Shown here one piece after another: positions 46,438-55,595 of a stretch of 64,000 nt of DNA; position 1 is the stretch's first letter; each line of letters opens with the position of its first letter. Where the stretch lies: positions 1 to 64,000 of IMG/VR virus record IMGVR_UViG_3300032270_000270; one strand, 5' to 3'. The translations under genes were made by a program, and so were the position numbers. This stretch comes from a virus (Duplodnaviria > Heunggongvirae > Uroviricota > Caudoviricetes). The notes beneath the pieces are model-generated. The model made no database searches, was not told the DNA's origin, and was given only the letters and a program-made list of their open reading frames with translations.

Positions 46438-48381
46438 ATGGATTTAGGATTAGAAGCCTTGAGCAAAATTACCATTTTTAGTAAGTACGCAAAGTACATC
46501 CCTGAGCTAAAAAGAAGAGAGACCTGGGACGAGATAGTAGACAGATATGAGAACATGATGGTTAAGAAGTATCCTAATCTAGAACAAGAAATCAAAGACA
46601 GTGCTACATTTATCAGAAAGAAGAAAGTCTTACCTTCTATGAGAGCTCTACAGTTTGCAGGACCTGCAGCTGAAGTGAACAACTCACGTATCTACAACTG
46701 TTGTTTCCTACCAATTGATAGCATTCATAGCTTCAGTGAGACTATGTTTCTATTATTAGGAGGTACAGGTGTAGGTTATTCTGTACAAAAACACCACGTA
46801 GACCAACTACCTACAATTATTAAGCATGAGCGTTACAAGCACAGAAACTGGCTTATTGAAGACAGTATTATGGGCTGGGCTGATGCTGTGAAGGTCTTGA
46901 TGAAGTTTTACTTTGAGGGAGGTCTTAAGCCTAAGTTTGACTTTAGAGCTATTAGACACAAAGGAGCTAGATTAGTGACTGCAGGAGGTAAAGCACCTGG
47001 TCCAGAACCATTAAAGATCTGTTTAGCACACATTGATGCTATTATGGAGCGTAAAGAACATGGATCAAAGCTTACACCATTAGAGTCTCATGACATCTTA
47101 TGTTACATTGCAAACTCTGTGTTAGCTGGTGGTATTAGAAGATCAGCAATGATTGCTCTATTCAGCCATGACGATGAAGAGATGATTACATGTAAGTATG
47201 GTAACTGGTGGGAACTAAATGAACAAAGAGGTAGAGCTAATAACTCTGCAGTTCTTAAGAGAGGTGAGACATCACAAGAAGAGTTTGTAAGTTTATGGAA
47301 ACGTATTGAAGCATCAGGAAGTGGTGAACCAGGTATCTATTGGTCTAATGACCTAGATTGGGGAACTAATCCTTGTTGTGAGATTGGATTACGTCCATAT
47401 CAGTTCTGCAATTTATGTGAGGTGAATGTATCTGACATCACATGTCAAGAAGATCTTAATGATAGAGTGACAGCAGCTGCATTCTTTGGTACATTACAGG
47501 CAGGCTTTACAGACTTTCATTACCTACGTGACGTATGGAAGATGACAACCTTCAGAGACGCTCTATTAGGCATAGGAATGACTGGTATTGCTTCTGGTGA
47601 AGTATTGAAATACAATCTAGAAGTGGCAGCAGCTATTGCTAAGAAGACAAACCAATTAATCACAGAGATTATTGGCACCAACGAAGCAGCTCGTATTACA
47701 TGTATCAAACCTTCAGGAACTACATCATTAGTCTTAGGTACAGCAAGTGGTATCCATGCTTGGCATGCTCCTTACTACTTACGTACAATGAGATTTAACA
47801 AGAATGAAGACCTTGCACAATACTTGATGATCAATCACCCAGAGTTGTGTGAAGATGATGTATTACGTCCTACAGATACTTTGTGTGTACGTATTCCTGT
47901 TAAAGCTCCAGAAGACTCTATTCTACGTACAGAGACAGCAATTGATACGCTAGAGCGTGTTAAGAGATTCTCTACAGAATGGGTCAAAGCAGGACATATT
48001 AATGGTGCTAATACACATAACGTCTCAGCAACAATATCTATCAACAGCAATAGAAAGTACACTGAATTTAGTCCTATGGGAAGTTTTCCACCAAATGATT
48101 CTGTTTACAAAGTCTCTGAAGATGGTACATTAGATGAGTGGGAAGTTGTAGGTCAGTGGATGTGGGAGAATAGAGAGGTTTATAATGGTCTTTCTGTATT
48201 ACCAGCATTTGATCATACTTACAAACAAAGTCCTTTCGAGGACATTACAGAAGATGAATACAATGTACGCATTAACACATTGAAAGCCATAGACTTAAAC
48301 AAGGTGATGGAAATAGATGACAATGTTGAGTTTAGTCAAGTGGCAAGTTGTGCTGGAGGAGCTTGTTCTTTAGAAATGTAA
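46438..48381 (+). CDS. ribonucleotide reductase catalytic subunit, probably class II (B12-dependent, monomeric type)
   Basis: RALQFAG...NNSRIYNCCF. Active-site GTNPCCEIGL (N-x-C-x-E). C-terminal redox pair CAGGACSLEM. No small (NrdB-like) subunit gene is in the window. Confidence 0.6.
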   Translation: MDLGLEALSKITIFSKYAKYIPELKRRETWDEIVDRYENMMVKKYPNLEQEIKDSATFIRKKKVLPSMRALQFAGPAAEVNNSRIYNCCFLPIDSIHSFSETMFLLLGGTGVGYSVQKHHVDQLPTIIKHERYKHRNWLIEDSIMGWADAVKVLMKFYFEGGLKPKFDFRAIRHKGARLVTAGGKAPGPEPLKICLAHIDAIMERKEHGSKLTPLESHDILCYIANSVLAGGIRRSAMIALFSHDDEEMITCKYGNWWELNEQRGRANNSAVLKRGETSQEEFVSLWKRIEASGSGEPGIYWSNDLDWGTNPCCEIGLRPYQFCNLCEVNVSDITCQEDLNDRVTAAAFFGTLQAGFTDFHYLRDVWKMTTFRDALLGIGMTGIASGEVLKYNLEVAAAIAKKTNQLITEIIGTNEAARITCIKPSGTTSLVLGTASGIHAWHAPYYLRTMRFNKNEDLAQYLMINHPELCEDDVLRPTDTLCVRIPVKAPEDSILRTETAIDTLERVKRFSTEWVKAGHINGANTHNVSATISINSNRKYTEFSPMGSFPPNDSVYKVSEDGTLDEWEVVGQWMWENREVYNGLSVLPAFDHTYKQSPFEDITEDEYNVRINTLKAIDLNKVMEIDDNVEFSQVASCAGGACSLEM

Positions 48382-48417
48382 AAATAAATTTGGTAGTTTC
48401 AGACAAATGTCATATAT

Positions 48418-48996
48418 TTGTGGAACAAAATGTCTGAAATGAAGAATGATATTGGTCAAAAGTTTGGAAAGCTAACTGCTATTGAGTTAGAAAAAGATAA
48501 GAATGGGTATAACACAAGATACTTATGTAAGTGTGACTGTGGTAATACCCATTCTGTATCTAAATCTCATTTAAGAAGTGGTAGAATTACTCACTGTGGA
48601 TGTGTAAGACACGAAGGTGCTAAACATCAAAGTTGGTCAGGAGTAGGTGAAATATCAGGTGAATTCTGGTATATGCACATAGTAAGAAGTGCCAATGGCT
48701 CTAAAAATGGTGCAAGAACAAGAAGACCTAAAGAATTATCTTTAACTATGGAACAAGCATGGGAGTTATTTCTTCAGCAAGACAGAAAATGTGCACTATC
48801 TGGTATACAATTAACTTTTCCAAAAGTAAGTAAAGATAAATCTTATACAGCATCTCTAGATAGAATAGACTCTTCTAAAGGATATATTCTAGGTAATGTA
48901 CAATGGGTACACAAAGACATCAATATTATGAAGAACAAATTTGACAATGACTACTTCATACATGTTTGTAAATCAGTAGCTGAAAAATCAGTATAA
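48418..48996 (+). CDS. HNH homing endonuclease
   Basis: ASLDRIDSSKGYILGNVQWVHKDIN HNH_3-type motif. The track start is TTG; the likely ATG is near 48430 (MSEMKND). Confidence 0.65.
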   Translation: MWNKMSEMKNDIGQKFGKLTAIELEKDKNGYNTRYLCKCDCGNTHSVSKSHLRSGRITHCGCVRHEGAKHQSWSGVGEISGEFWYMHIVRSANGSKNGARTRRPKELSLTMEQAWELFLQQDRKCALSGIQLTFPKVSKDKSYTASLDRIDSSKGYILGNVQWVHKDINIMKNKFDNDYFIHVCKSVAEKSV

Positions 48997-49054
48997 ATAC
49001 TAATAAATAACATAAGATGTTATACTATCTTTGTACAAACAAAACAAATAACAT

Positions 49055-49285
49055 ATGAAAAAAGAAACAACAAACCATTCGTTTGAAACATTCAATCCTA
49101 ACTTTACAACACAAAGTAAACCTCAAAGTGAATTTGTATATGTAAGCACCTCTATCCCAAGTGCAATTGTTATGATAAGCACACAATATCAGGAATTACC
49201 AGACAAAGAAAAATTAGAACTTCTTTCCAAGTTAAGTGAATGGACTTATAATAAAACAAGTGAGATTGTAAATCAAAATAAATAA
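49055..49285 (+). CDS. hypothetical protein (76 aa)
   Basis: Junction motif upstream; ends ...IVNQNK. Confidence 0.35.
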   Translation: MKKETTNHSFETFNPNFTTQSKPQSEFVYVSTSIPSAIVMISTQYQELPDKEKLELLSKLSEWTYNKTSEIVNQNK

Positions 49286-49288
49286 CCC

Positions 49289-49504
49289 ATGAAACTATTA
49301 ATACTTTTCTTACTAATTATTCTTACCAGTTGCAATGAAAATAAGAATCAAATAATATCAAAAAATTACGCAACATTGGAAAAGAAAATACCCCCATGCA
49401 TTTGTGAGTATTGGTATAATGATGGTGTAAATCCCATTCCATTCCAAGATAGTTGTAATAAGTATAATTTATTTGATACATTAAAATCAAACCAAAACAA
49501 ATAA
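49289..49504 (+). CDS. small putative lipoprotein (71 aa)
   Basis: MKLLILFLLIILTSC: signal peptide with lipobox LTSC. Confidence 0.4.
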   Translation: MKLLILFLLIILTSCNENKNQIISKNYATLEKKIPPCICEYWYNDGVNPIPFQDSCNKYNLFDTLKSNQNK

Positions 49505-49506
49505 TA

Positions 49507-49824
49507 ATGATAGGAGTAAGATATACAATGACAGATAATGGACCAGAAGGTCCTATAGTAGAGAATAATCCTCAAATATCACTATATGGGGAGTTTAGAT
49601 TTATTGCTAAAAATAGATACACATCTGCTGGTCCTACACCTAAGCTATTTACAGAAGTAACATTTGATTATCCTATAGAAATACTATATGAATTATCCCG
49701 TAATGTTGATCCTAAAGAAGCTTTAGAAATAGTAGCAGAGAAATTAAAACAGGATTTCAAGCAACATATAGTAGAAGAATCAGCAAAGGAACCTGGAGAG
49801 AGTTTCTATAATTATACAAAATAA
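49507..49824 (+). CDS. hypothetical protein (105 aa)
   Basis: ORF only. Confidence 0.35.
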   Translation: MIGVRYTMTDNGPEGPIVENNPQISLYGEFRFIAKNRYTSAGPTPKLFTEVTFDYPIEILYELSRNVDPKEALEIVAEKLKQDFKQHIVEESAKEPGESFYNYTK

Positions 49825-49831
49825 ATAACCT

Positions 49832-50245
49832 ATGAAAGAAATAGAATCAGAATGCTTGTATTGTGATACAAAATTTATTGCAATTGAGCATAAAAGTGGA
49901 GAATGTCCTAACTGTAAAGAAAAATATGAATGGGATTATGATGGAAATTATGGTGTAGATTCTGTATACGGTATACAATGGTTAAGCACCTATCCAATAA
50001 ATAAAAACAAAAAAACTGTAAAAAAACAGTACGTATTAATAGATAGGTTAAAGATGGCAGCCATAGAGGAAGTTGCAGTAGGGAAAGCAATTAATAATAA
50101 AGAAAGACCCTTAAGCGAGGCAAGCATCGAAGCAGAAGCAGTATTACAGGTACTTAATTACCTCTATGAAATAGATGAATGGAAACCTGAATACATAGCA
50201 GGAATAGAATTAATTCAAAATGCTAAAAGTGGAAGTACAGAGTAA
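49832..50245 (+). CDS. hypothetical protein with an N-terminal zinc ribbon
   Basis: CLYCDTKF...CPNCKEK. Confidence 0.4.
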   Translation: MKEIESECLYCDTKFIAIEHKSGECPNCKEKYEWDYDGNYGVDSVYGIQWLSTYPINKNKKTVKKQYVLIDRLKMAAIEEVAVGKAINNKERPLSEASIEAEAVLQVLNYLYEIDEWKPEYIAGIELIQNAKSGSTE

Positions 50246-50274
50246 AGTGTATGGAATAAAAAAGCAAATAACAT

Positions 50275-50499
50275 ATGAAAACAGCAATTGAACAACTAAT
50301 TTATTTTATTGAAGGTACTCAATTACCAAAAGAAGGAGCAGCAAATCACATCTATGAAAAAGCTAAAGAATTACTCAAAGAAGAAAAAGAGCAACTACAA
50401 AAAGCCTTTTCAGATGGTCAAGAAACACCAATAAACCATCCTACTCTACCACATTATAGTAGAGATGAGTATTATAATGATAACTATAACCAAAACTAA
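50275..50499 (+). CDS. hypothetical protein (74 aa)
   Basis: ORF only. Confidence 0.35.
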   Translation: MKTAIEQLIYFIEGTQLPKEGAANHIYEKAKELLKEEKEQLQKAFSDGQETPINHPTLPHYSRDEYYNDNYNQN

Positions 50500-50712
50500 T
50501 TGGTGCTGGTGGTGCTTGTGAAATACAATAATATGGAAAAGAAAGACTTTATAAAAGACATTGATTACTATCTGGAAGATGGTTTTGTAATCTTTACAGA
50601 AAGCTATCTCAGAGAGAAAGGAGAGTGCTGTGGTAATAACTGCAGACACTGTCCATATGAAAAACCTGTTATCAAGGGTAACCAAATGATAGCAGATGAT
50701 AATAAAGGATAA
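50500..50712 (+). CDS. small Cys-motif protein (real start possibly MEKKDF at about 50533)
   Basis: C-terminal GECCGNNCRHCPYEKP cysteine motif. Confidence 0.35.
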   Translation: MVLVVLVKYNNMEKKDFIKDIDYYLEDGFVIFTESYLREKGECCGNNCRHCPYEKPVIKGNQMIADDNKG

Positions 50713-50775
50713 AATATTTTGCGTGTGTATGCATTTATATGCGTATGTTTGCATCTCTGTTTTTCGTTAATTGTG

Positions 50776-50820
50776 TCAGCCCCTGGGATTTCTATCTTGG
50801 GGGCTTTATTTTTTAACGAA
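50776..50820 (+). terminator. rho-independent terminator
   Basis: AGCCCC-tgggatttctatctt-GGGGCT hairpin followed by ttatttttt. Lies inside the TTG-initiated N-terminal extension of track ORF 50719. Confidence 0.65.
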
Positions 50821-50874
50821 AAAGTATGGAAATATCACAGAAAAATAGTAAATTTGAATACAAAATTAACAATT

Positions 50875-51912
50875 ATGGCGAAAGCAGTAAAACAAACAGA
50901 CAGTGGTGTCTCTAAACTCCAAGACGCTTTGGATAAATTAAACAAAGCATATGGTGTAGGAACAGTTCTTGCACTAGATTCCAAAACAGATGGTCACTAT
51001 GACATTATTAGTACAGGTTCAATTGGATTTGATTGGATTACATTAGGTACTGGTGGATTTGTTAAAGGAAAATTATATGAATTGATGGGATGGGAAGGTT
51101 CAGGTAAGTCTACTATATGTGGTCATGCTGTTGCTGAATGTCAGAAGGCAGGAGGTAAAGTGGTTTACATTGATGGCGAACATGCTGTAGATAAAAATTA
51201 CTTTGAAGCAATTGGTGTAAACACTGCAGACATGTTAATCTCTCAACCAAGTTGTGGTGAAGAAGGATTTAACATTGCATTAGAAATGATTAAGACTGAT
51301 GAAGTTGATCTTTTGATTATTGACTCAGACTCATCTTTGATTCCTAAGAAGGTATTAGATGGTGAAGTGGGCGATAGCTCAATTGGTTTGAAAGCTAGAT
51401 TGAATAGCAGTGTGTATTCAAAACTAAAATCTGCAATATCTATACACAATACATGTGTTATTGTCATCTCTCAATATCGTGAGAAGATTGGTGTGATGTT
51501 TGGTAACCCCACTACAACACAAGGTGGACATGCATTGAAGTTTGCATCTGATGCTCGTATAGAAGTCAGTAAGTCAGCTGCTAAAGATGGTGATGTAACT
51601 TATGGTAATATTACTAAAGTAAAATGTGCTAAGAATAGAATGAGTCCTCCATTTAGAATGACTACATTTGAGATTGTCTATGGTGTAGGTATTGATAAAG
51701 TGAAAGAAATCATGGACCTTCTTAATGAATTTGAACTTGGTAGAAAGTATGGCCAGACAATGACATTTAATGATGTTAAATACAACCTTGAAGAATTCAA
51801 ACGCATGCTCTTAGATAATGAAGAGTTTTATAATGATATTAGAAATAGTATTGTGAACAAGATTAAACAAATTGAAGAACCTAAAATTGAATTAGCAGAT
51901 GTTGAAAATTAA
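50875..51912 (+). CDS. recA: RecA/UvsX-family recombinase
   Basis: ALDKLNKAYGVGTV; ISTGSIGFDWITLGTGGFVKGKLYELMGWEGSGKSTI (RecA L1/Walker A region); VYIDGEHAVD; TQGGHALKFASDARIEV. Start taken as the ATG MAKAVKQ. Confidence 0.85.
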   Translation: MAKAVKQTDSGVSKLQDALDKLNKAYGVGTVLALDSKTDGHYDIISTGSIGFDWITLGTGGFVKGKLYELMGWEGSGKSTICGHAVAECQKAGGKVVYIDGEHAVDKNYFEAIGVNTADMLISQPSCGEEGFNIALEMIKTDEVDLLIIDSDSSLIPKKVLDGEVGDSSIGLKARLNSSVYSKLKSAISIHNTCVIVISQYREKIGVMFGNPTTTQGGHALKFASDARIEVSKSAAKDGDVTYGNITKVKCAKNRMSPPFRMTTFEIVYGVGIDKVKEIMDLLNEFELGRKYGQTMTFNDVKYNLEEFKRMLLDNEEFYNDIRNSIVNKIKQIEEPKIELADVEN

Positions 51913-52351
51913 ACTACAAAAGACAACAGAGGATGCAAACATGCCATTTAAAGCATCCTCTGACGCTGCTTGCTATGATGTATACGCACATAGCATCACA
52001 AGTAAAGAAGAAGGTAAGATAGCTGTAGGACTTGGATTTAAAACTGAAATCCCTAAGGGATATAAAGGCATCCTAGTTCCACGCAGTAACTTAACTAAAC
52101 ATTTCTGGATGATGAATAACTCCTTTGGTATAATTGATGCTGATTATAGAGGAGAGTGGATGGCTATCTTTACACAAATCCCTGTTCCTTTAGGATCTCA
52201 TAATGGTTTTACATCCTTTCCTTATAATGTAGGTGATAGAGTGGGTCAAATATTCTTTGAACCTGTAATACCTATATCTTTTGAAGTGGTACCTGAGCTA
52301 GAGAACTCTGAAAGAGGTGAGGGAGGATTTGGTTCAACAGGTTTAAAATAA
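51899..52351 (+). CDS. dut: dUTP diphosphatase
   Basis: All five dUTPase motifs: SDAACYDV, PRSNL, GIIDADYRGE, GDRVGQ, RGEGGFGSTG. Confidence 0.8.
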   Translation: MLKIKLQKTTEDANMPFKASSDAACYDVYAHSITSKEEGKIAVGLGFKTEIPKGYKGILVPRSNLTKHFWMMNNSFGIIDADYRGEWMAIFTQIPVPLGSHNGFTSFPYNVGDRVGQIFFEPVIPISFEVVPELENSERGEGGFGSTGLK

Positions 52352-52357
52352 TTAATT

Positions 52358-52585
52358 ATGGAAATGAATTTAAACACAGGCACAGGTTGTTGTTCTATAA
52401 ATTGTACTGTATGTGGAGGGTATATAGTACCGCCAACAATGTGGCATGGCAGTGCTCCTCCATTTCTGTGTATCTGTAAAGCAGAAAAAAATAATAGTTG
52501 GATATGTAGCAGATGTGGTAGCTCTAATGCTCCACATAGAATAAAATGTGATTGTTCACCAACAGATCCTTTAAAAGTAACATAA
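52358..52585 (+). CDS. Cys-rich small protein (75 aa)
   Basis: GCCSINCTVCGG...CICKAE...CSRCGS...CDC. Confidence 0.35.
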   Translation: MEMNLNTGTGCCSINCTVCGGYIVPPTMWHGSAPPFLCICKAEKNNSWICSRCGSSNAPHRIKCDCSPTDPLKVT

Positions 52586-53037
52586 TGGCTACATGTAAAA
52601 CCTGTGGTAAGAAATGTAAAATAGAAGGATGTAACAATCCTATATGGGGAAGTGGATTATGTGCAAGTCACAAGCCTAGAAAACAACTTATGTCAAATGG
52701 TAAACCTATGAGAAAGGTAAGACTAGGTATTCTTTCTGAGGAATTAATAGACGAATGTAAAAAAGAACTAGCTGAAATGCACCTCTTTTTTCTAGAAATA
52801 TGGAAGAAAAAACCTCATAAGTCTGAAATTAGTGGAACATATCTAGGATCTGAGCCTCTAACAGTATTCTTTCACCACATTTTACCAAAAAGTAAATATC
52901 CTGAATCTGGTTTAGATGAAGAAAATATTATACTTTTGACAATGGAAGAACATGACCAAGTAGAAATGGATATGTACAGGTATGAAGACATCAATAATAG
53001 ACGTGAACAATTAAAACAGAAATATGATATTGCTTAA
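52552..53037 (+). CDS. HNH endonuclease with an N-terminal Cys cluster
   Basis: CKTCGKKCKIEGC...C.SH, then FFHHILPKSKYPESGLDEENIILLTMEEH. Confidence 0.6.
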   Translation: MFTNRSFKSNIMATCKTCGKKCKIEGCNNPIWGSGLCASHKPRKQLMSNGKPMRKVRLGILSEELIDECKKELAEMHLFFLEIWKKKPHKSEISGTYLGSEPLTVFFHHILPKSKYPESGLDEENIILLTMEEHDQVEMDMYRYEDINNRREQLKQKYDIA

Positions 53038-53476
53038 GTATTTAATAGCATTTATGCTAGGATTTATAGGTATAATTTTTATAGGATACATTTTACAAAC
53101 TCATCCTAACATAACTACACAGTCTAAGATAGTCTTTATAGAAGGCTCTACATTTGATCTTGATATGGTAGTCTTAGTTACAGAGGATACAGCTTATGCT
53201 GCACAATATGTACGTGAGAACTTAGACTCCACTGTGACTGGTAAAGACTTTGATGCAAGAGGTGTTACATTTGGTCCTGTGGAAGGCAAGCCTATTATTA
53301 TATGGTTGTCTAACGCAGAGGACAAAGGTGTAGTGGCTCATGAATTCTTCCACGCTACATTATACAAAATGTATTGGGCAGGTATGGAGCTTCATTCTGA
53401 AACAGAAGAAGCCTTCGCATATGAATTACAATATTTAACAAATCAATTTTATAACCAAGTAAACAAAATACAATGA
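53024..53476 (+). CDS. membrane-anchored putative Zn-metallopeptidase (HExxH)
   Basis: N-terminal TM helix LIAFMLGFIGIIFIGYIL. VAHEFFHATLYKM HExxH motif. Confidence 0.35.
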   Translation: MILLKYLIAFMLGFIGIIFIGYILQTHPNITTQSKIVFIEGSTFDLDMVVLVTEDTAYAAQYVRENLDSTVTGKDFDARGVTFGPVEGKPIIIWLSNAEDKGVVAHEFFHATLYKMYWAGMELHSETEEAFAYELQYLTNQFYNQVNKIQ

Positions 53477-53736
53477 GTTTATTCTTTTACACAAGAGAAG
53501 TAGATGGAAAGATCTACACAGACAGTTTTAACATTAACAAGGTAGTTAGGTCTATGCAAATAGATGAAAACAAAGTAATCCTTGTATTAGATGACATACA
53601 TGAGCGTTCTGAACAAGTACCTGATGTTAAAAATGGTAAAGTGGTTGGTTCCAAAAGGGAACGTAACACTTTCCAAACAGAAATCACATTAAGTGGTAAC
53701 GACATTGAAAGATTCCATAACCTAGCAAATAAATAA
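53473..53736 (+). CDS. hypothetical protein (87 aa)
   Basis: ORF only. Confidence 0.3.
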   Translation: MSLFFYTREVDGKIYTDSFNINKVVRSMQIDENKVILVLDDIHERSEQVPDVKNGKVVGSKRERNTFQTEITLSGNDIERFHNLANK

Positions 53737-53737
53737 C

Positions 53738-54019
53738 ATGAAACTATTAGGAAATCGCGTCTATTTAGAGATGCCAAAGCAAGAAGAAGAAAACAAGATT
53801 GTTGTAGACGAGAACACAAAAGAATCATTACAAAGAGAAATGCTTAAGACGTTCTCTAAGTTAACTGTACACACAGTGGGTGATACTATATCAACTATAA
53901 AAGCAGGAGATGTAGTGTTGGTAGATCCAGGTGTTTTAGCAAAAGCTCCATTAGTAGACTTATCAGAAACTGAGCAAGTTCTATTAGTATCTCCATTTGA
54001 TGTAATAATGATCTGGTAA
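53738..54019 (+). CDS. GroES/Cpn10-like co-chaperonin (tentative)
   Basis: 93 aa. MKLLGNRVYLE...VHTVGDTISTIKAGDVVLVDPG parallels GroES M.IRPL.DRV...GEVLAVG...VKVGD.V.F. Confidence 0.35.
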   Translation: MKLLGNRVYLEMPKQEEENKIVVDENTKESLQREMLKTFSKLTVHTVGDTISTIKAGDVVLVDPGVLAKAPLVDLSETEQVLLVSPFDVIMIW

Positions 54020-54020
54020 T

Positions 54021-54794
54021 ATGAACTCACATCCATTTATATCATGTAAGTGTATAACATATGGAAGGGTTAGTACGCTTGAGGAGAGCATTGAGTCTTT
54101 TCTCAAGCAGGACTACCCTGCAGATAAGTGTGAACTTATCATAGTAAATGATTATCCCTTACAAACTCTTGTTTATGATCATCCTCAAGTTAAGGTAGTT
54201 AACCTAGTTAAGACCTTTGACACCATAGGAGAGAAAGAAAACTTTGCTACAGAACTGTGTCAAGGAGATATTATATGTCAATGGGACGATGATGATATAG
54301 CTCTACCAAACCATCTAAATAATGTAGCTAAATACATGACAGAAGAAGTTAACATACTTCATTGGCAGATAGGTGTATTGTGTCATATTACAGGTATTGA
54401 GCAAGTTGGTTGGATAGGTAATTCTGGTCTTGTGTTTAGAAAAGCAGCTTGGAAAGCAATAGGGGGACATCCTCTTGAAAATGCTGGATATGATATGACT
54501 TTCATTGAAAGACTACACAAACATGGAGGTAGATTATTTGCTAGTCCACCTAAAGAAGAAGCTAGCTGGTTCTATATGTGGGGAGGAAGAGGATACCACA
54601 TGAGTGGAGAAGGTACAGACCATCCTAAAAAACTCAACGCTATACAAAGACACAGTGCTCACATTGAATCAGAAAGACGTTTAGGAAAAGTTCCTACAGG
54701 AGAAGTTAAACTAAATCCTCATTGGGATAAAGATTATTCAGAATTATTAAAAGACTATTTAAAATGGCACATCCAGAACAAAGAACGTTCATGA
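54021..54794 (+). CDS. family 2 glycosyltransferase (GT-A fold)
   Basis: ISCKCITYGRVSTLEESIESFLKQDYPADKCELIIVND N-terminal GT2 signature. DDDD DxD motif. Confidence 0.6.
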   Translation: MNSHPFISCKCITYGRVSTLEESIESFLKQDYPADKCELIIVNDYPLQTLVYDHPQVKVVNLVKTFDTIGEKENFATELCQGDIICQWDDDDIALPNHLNNVAKYMTEEVNILHWQIGVLCHITGIEQVGWIGNSGLVFRKAAWKAIGGHPLENAGYDMTFIERLHKHGGRLFASPPKEEASWFYMWGGRGYHMSGEGTDHPKKLNAIQRHSAHIESERRLGKVPTGEVKLNPHWDKDYSELLKDYLKWHIQNKERS

Positions 54795-55300
54795 CATATG
54801 TAAAGGAAAAGTTTCCTGAGAAGTTTGTCAATTGCAGAGTGTTAGATATTGGTTCATTAGATATTAATGGAAACAATAGATATCTATTTACAAATTATAA
54901 GTATATTGGTGTAGATATTGGAGCAGGTAATAATGTAGATGTTGTATGTAGAGGACATGAGTTTAAAGACTCTGAAGGATTTGATATTGTTATATCAGCT
55001 GAGTGCTTTGAGCATGATGAGTTCTGGAAGGATACAATTAAAAACTGTATTGCTTTAACTAAACCAGGAGGAGTGTTCTTGTTTAGTTGTGCTACAACAG
55101 GAAGACCTGAGCATGGCACACGTAGAACTAGTCCTCAAGACTCTCCATTTACATCCTTAATAGAAAATGATTATTACATGAATCTTACAGAACAAGATGT
55201 TCGTGAAGAAATAGACATGGAAAATCATTTCTCACAGCACGAGTTTATTGCTAGAGAAACTTGGCCTCAAGACTTATATTTTTGGGGAATGAAGAAATAA
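54764..55300 (+). CDS. class I SAM-dependent methyltransferase
   Basis: Motif I VLDIGSLDINGN. Post-motif II LTKPGGVFLF. Overlaps the GT2 gene by 31 nt. Confidence 0.55.
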   Translation: MAHPEQRTFMTYVKEKFPEKFVNCRVLDIGSLDINGNNRYLFTNYKYIGVDIGAGNNVDVVCRGHEFKDSEGFDIVISAECFEHDEFWKDTIKNCIALTKPGGVFLFSCATTGRPEHGTRRTSPQDSPFTSLIENDYYMNLTEQDVREEIDMENHFSQHEFIARETWPQDLYFWGMKK

Positions 55301-55304
55301 AAAA

Positions 55305-55345
55305 AGCCCTCTGAAATTAATCAGGGGGCTTTTCTTTTCTCCCAG
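55305..55345. terminator. bidirectional rho-independent terminator between convergent units
   Basis: aaaaAGCCCTCTGA-aattaa-TCAGGGGGCTtttctttt: 10-bp stem, A-run on one side and T-run on the other. A second small hairpin CTCCC-agt-GGGAG follows. Confidence 0.7.
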
Positions 55346-55382
55346 TGGGAGCAGACCTACAATACTGAGACTATAGGGGGGA

Positions 55383-55595
55383 TTATTTTGATAACCTCTT
55401 TTGTTTAAGAGGCCAATTCTTACTTTTTAATCTAAGAGGTGTATCAGCTTCCTTCATATAATTACCATTGACTGGTTTAGGAGGAGTCACCTTTGGAGCT
55501 GGTCTTGGTGTACCTGATCCTTTAGCTTTACCTGCAGTCATTGGCTTTACTGACTTTGCTTGTTTAGTAGTTATCTTAGCTGATTTCATTAGCAA
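55383..55595 (-). CDS. Lys/Pro-rich basic protein (70 aa), basic paralog array member 1
   Basis: Low-complexity K/A/P-rich. Last gene of the late minus-strand transcript. Confidence 0.4.
   Translation of the reverse strand: MLMKSAKITTKQAKSVKPMTAGKAKGSGTPRPAPKVTPPKPVNGNYMKEADTPLRLKSKNWPLKQKRLSK

Noticed and set aside
50719-50874. 52-aa N-terminal extension of RecA (MRVYAFICVCLHLCFSLIVSAPGISILGALFF...) implied by the track start
   Set aside because: The track start is a TTG. The extension is hydrophobic nonsense that contains the terminator hairpin AGCCCC...GGGGCT plus a T-run. RecA homology begins at the internal ATG (MAKAVKQ, about 50875).
46438-55300. A dedicated DNA base-hypermodification pathway (hydroxymethyl-pyrimidine + glycosylation) suggested by RNR + dUTPase + odd UDG + GT2 + MTase
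   Set aside because: No thymidylate-synthase-fold hydroxymethylase, no dCTPase/dCMP deaminase and no DNA glucosyltransferase-like protein could be recognised. The GT2 and MTase look like generic sugar-modifying enzymes. A search is needed before ruling this out.
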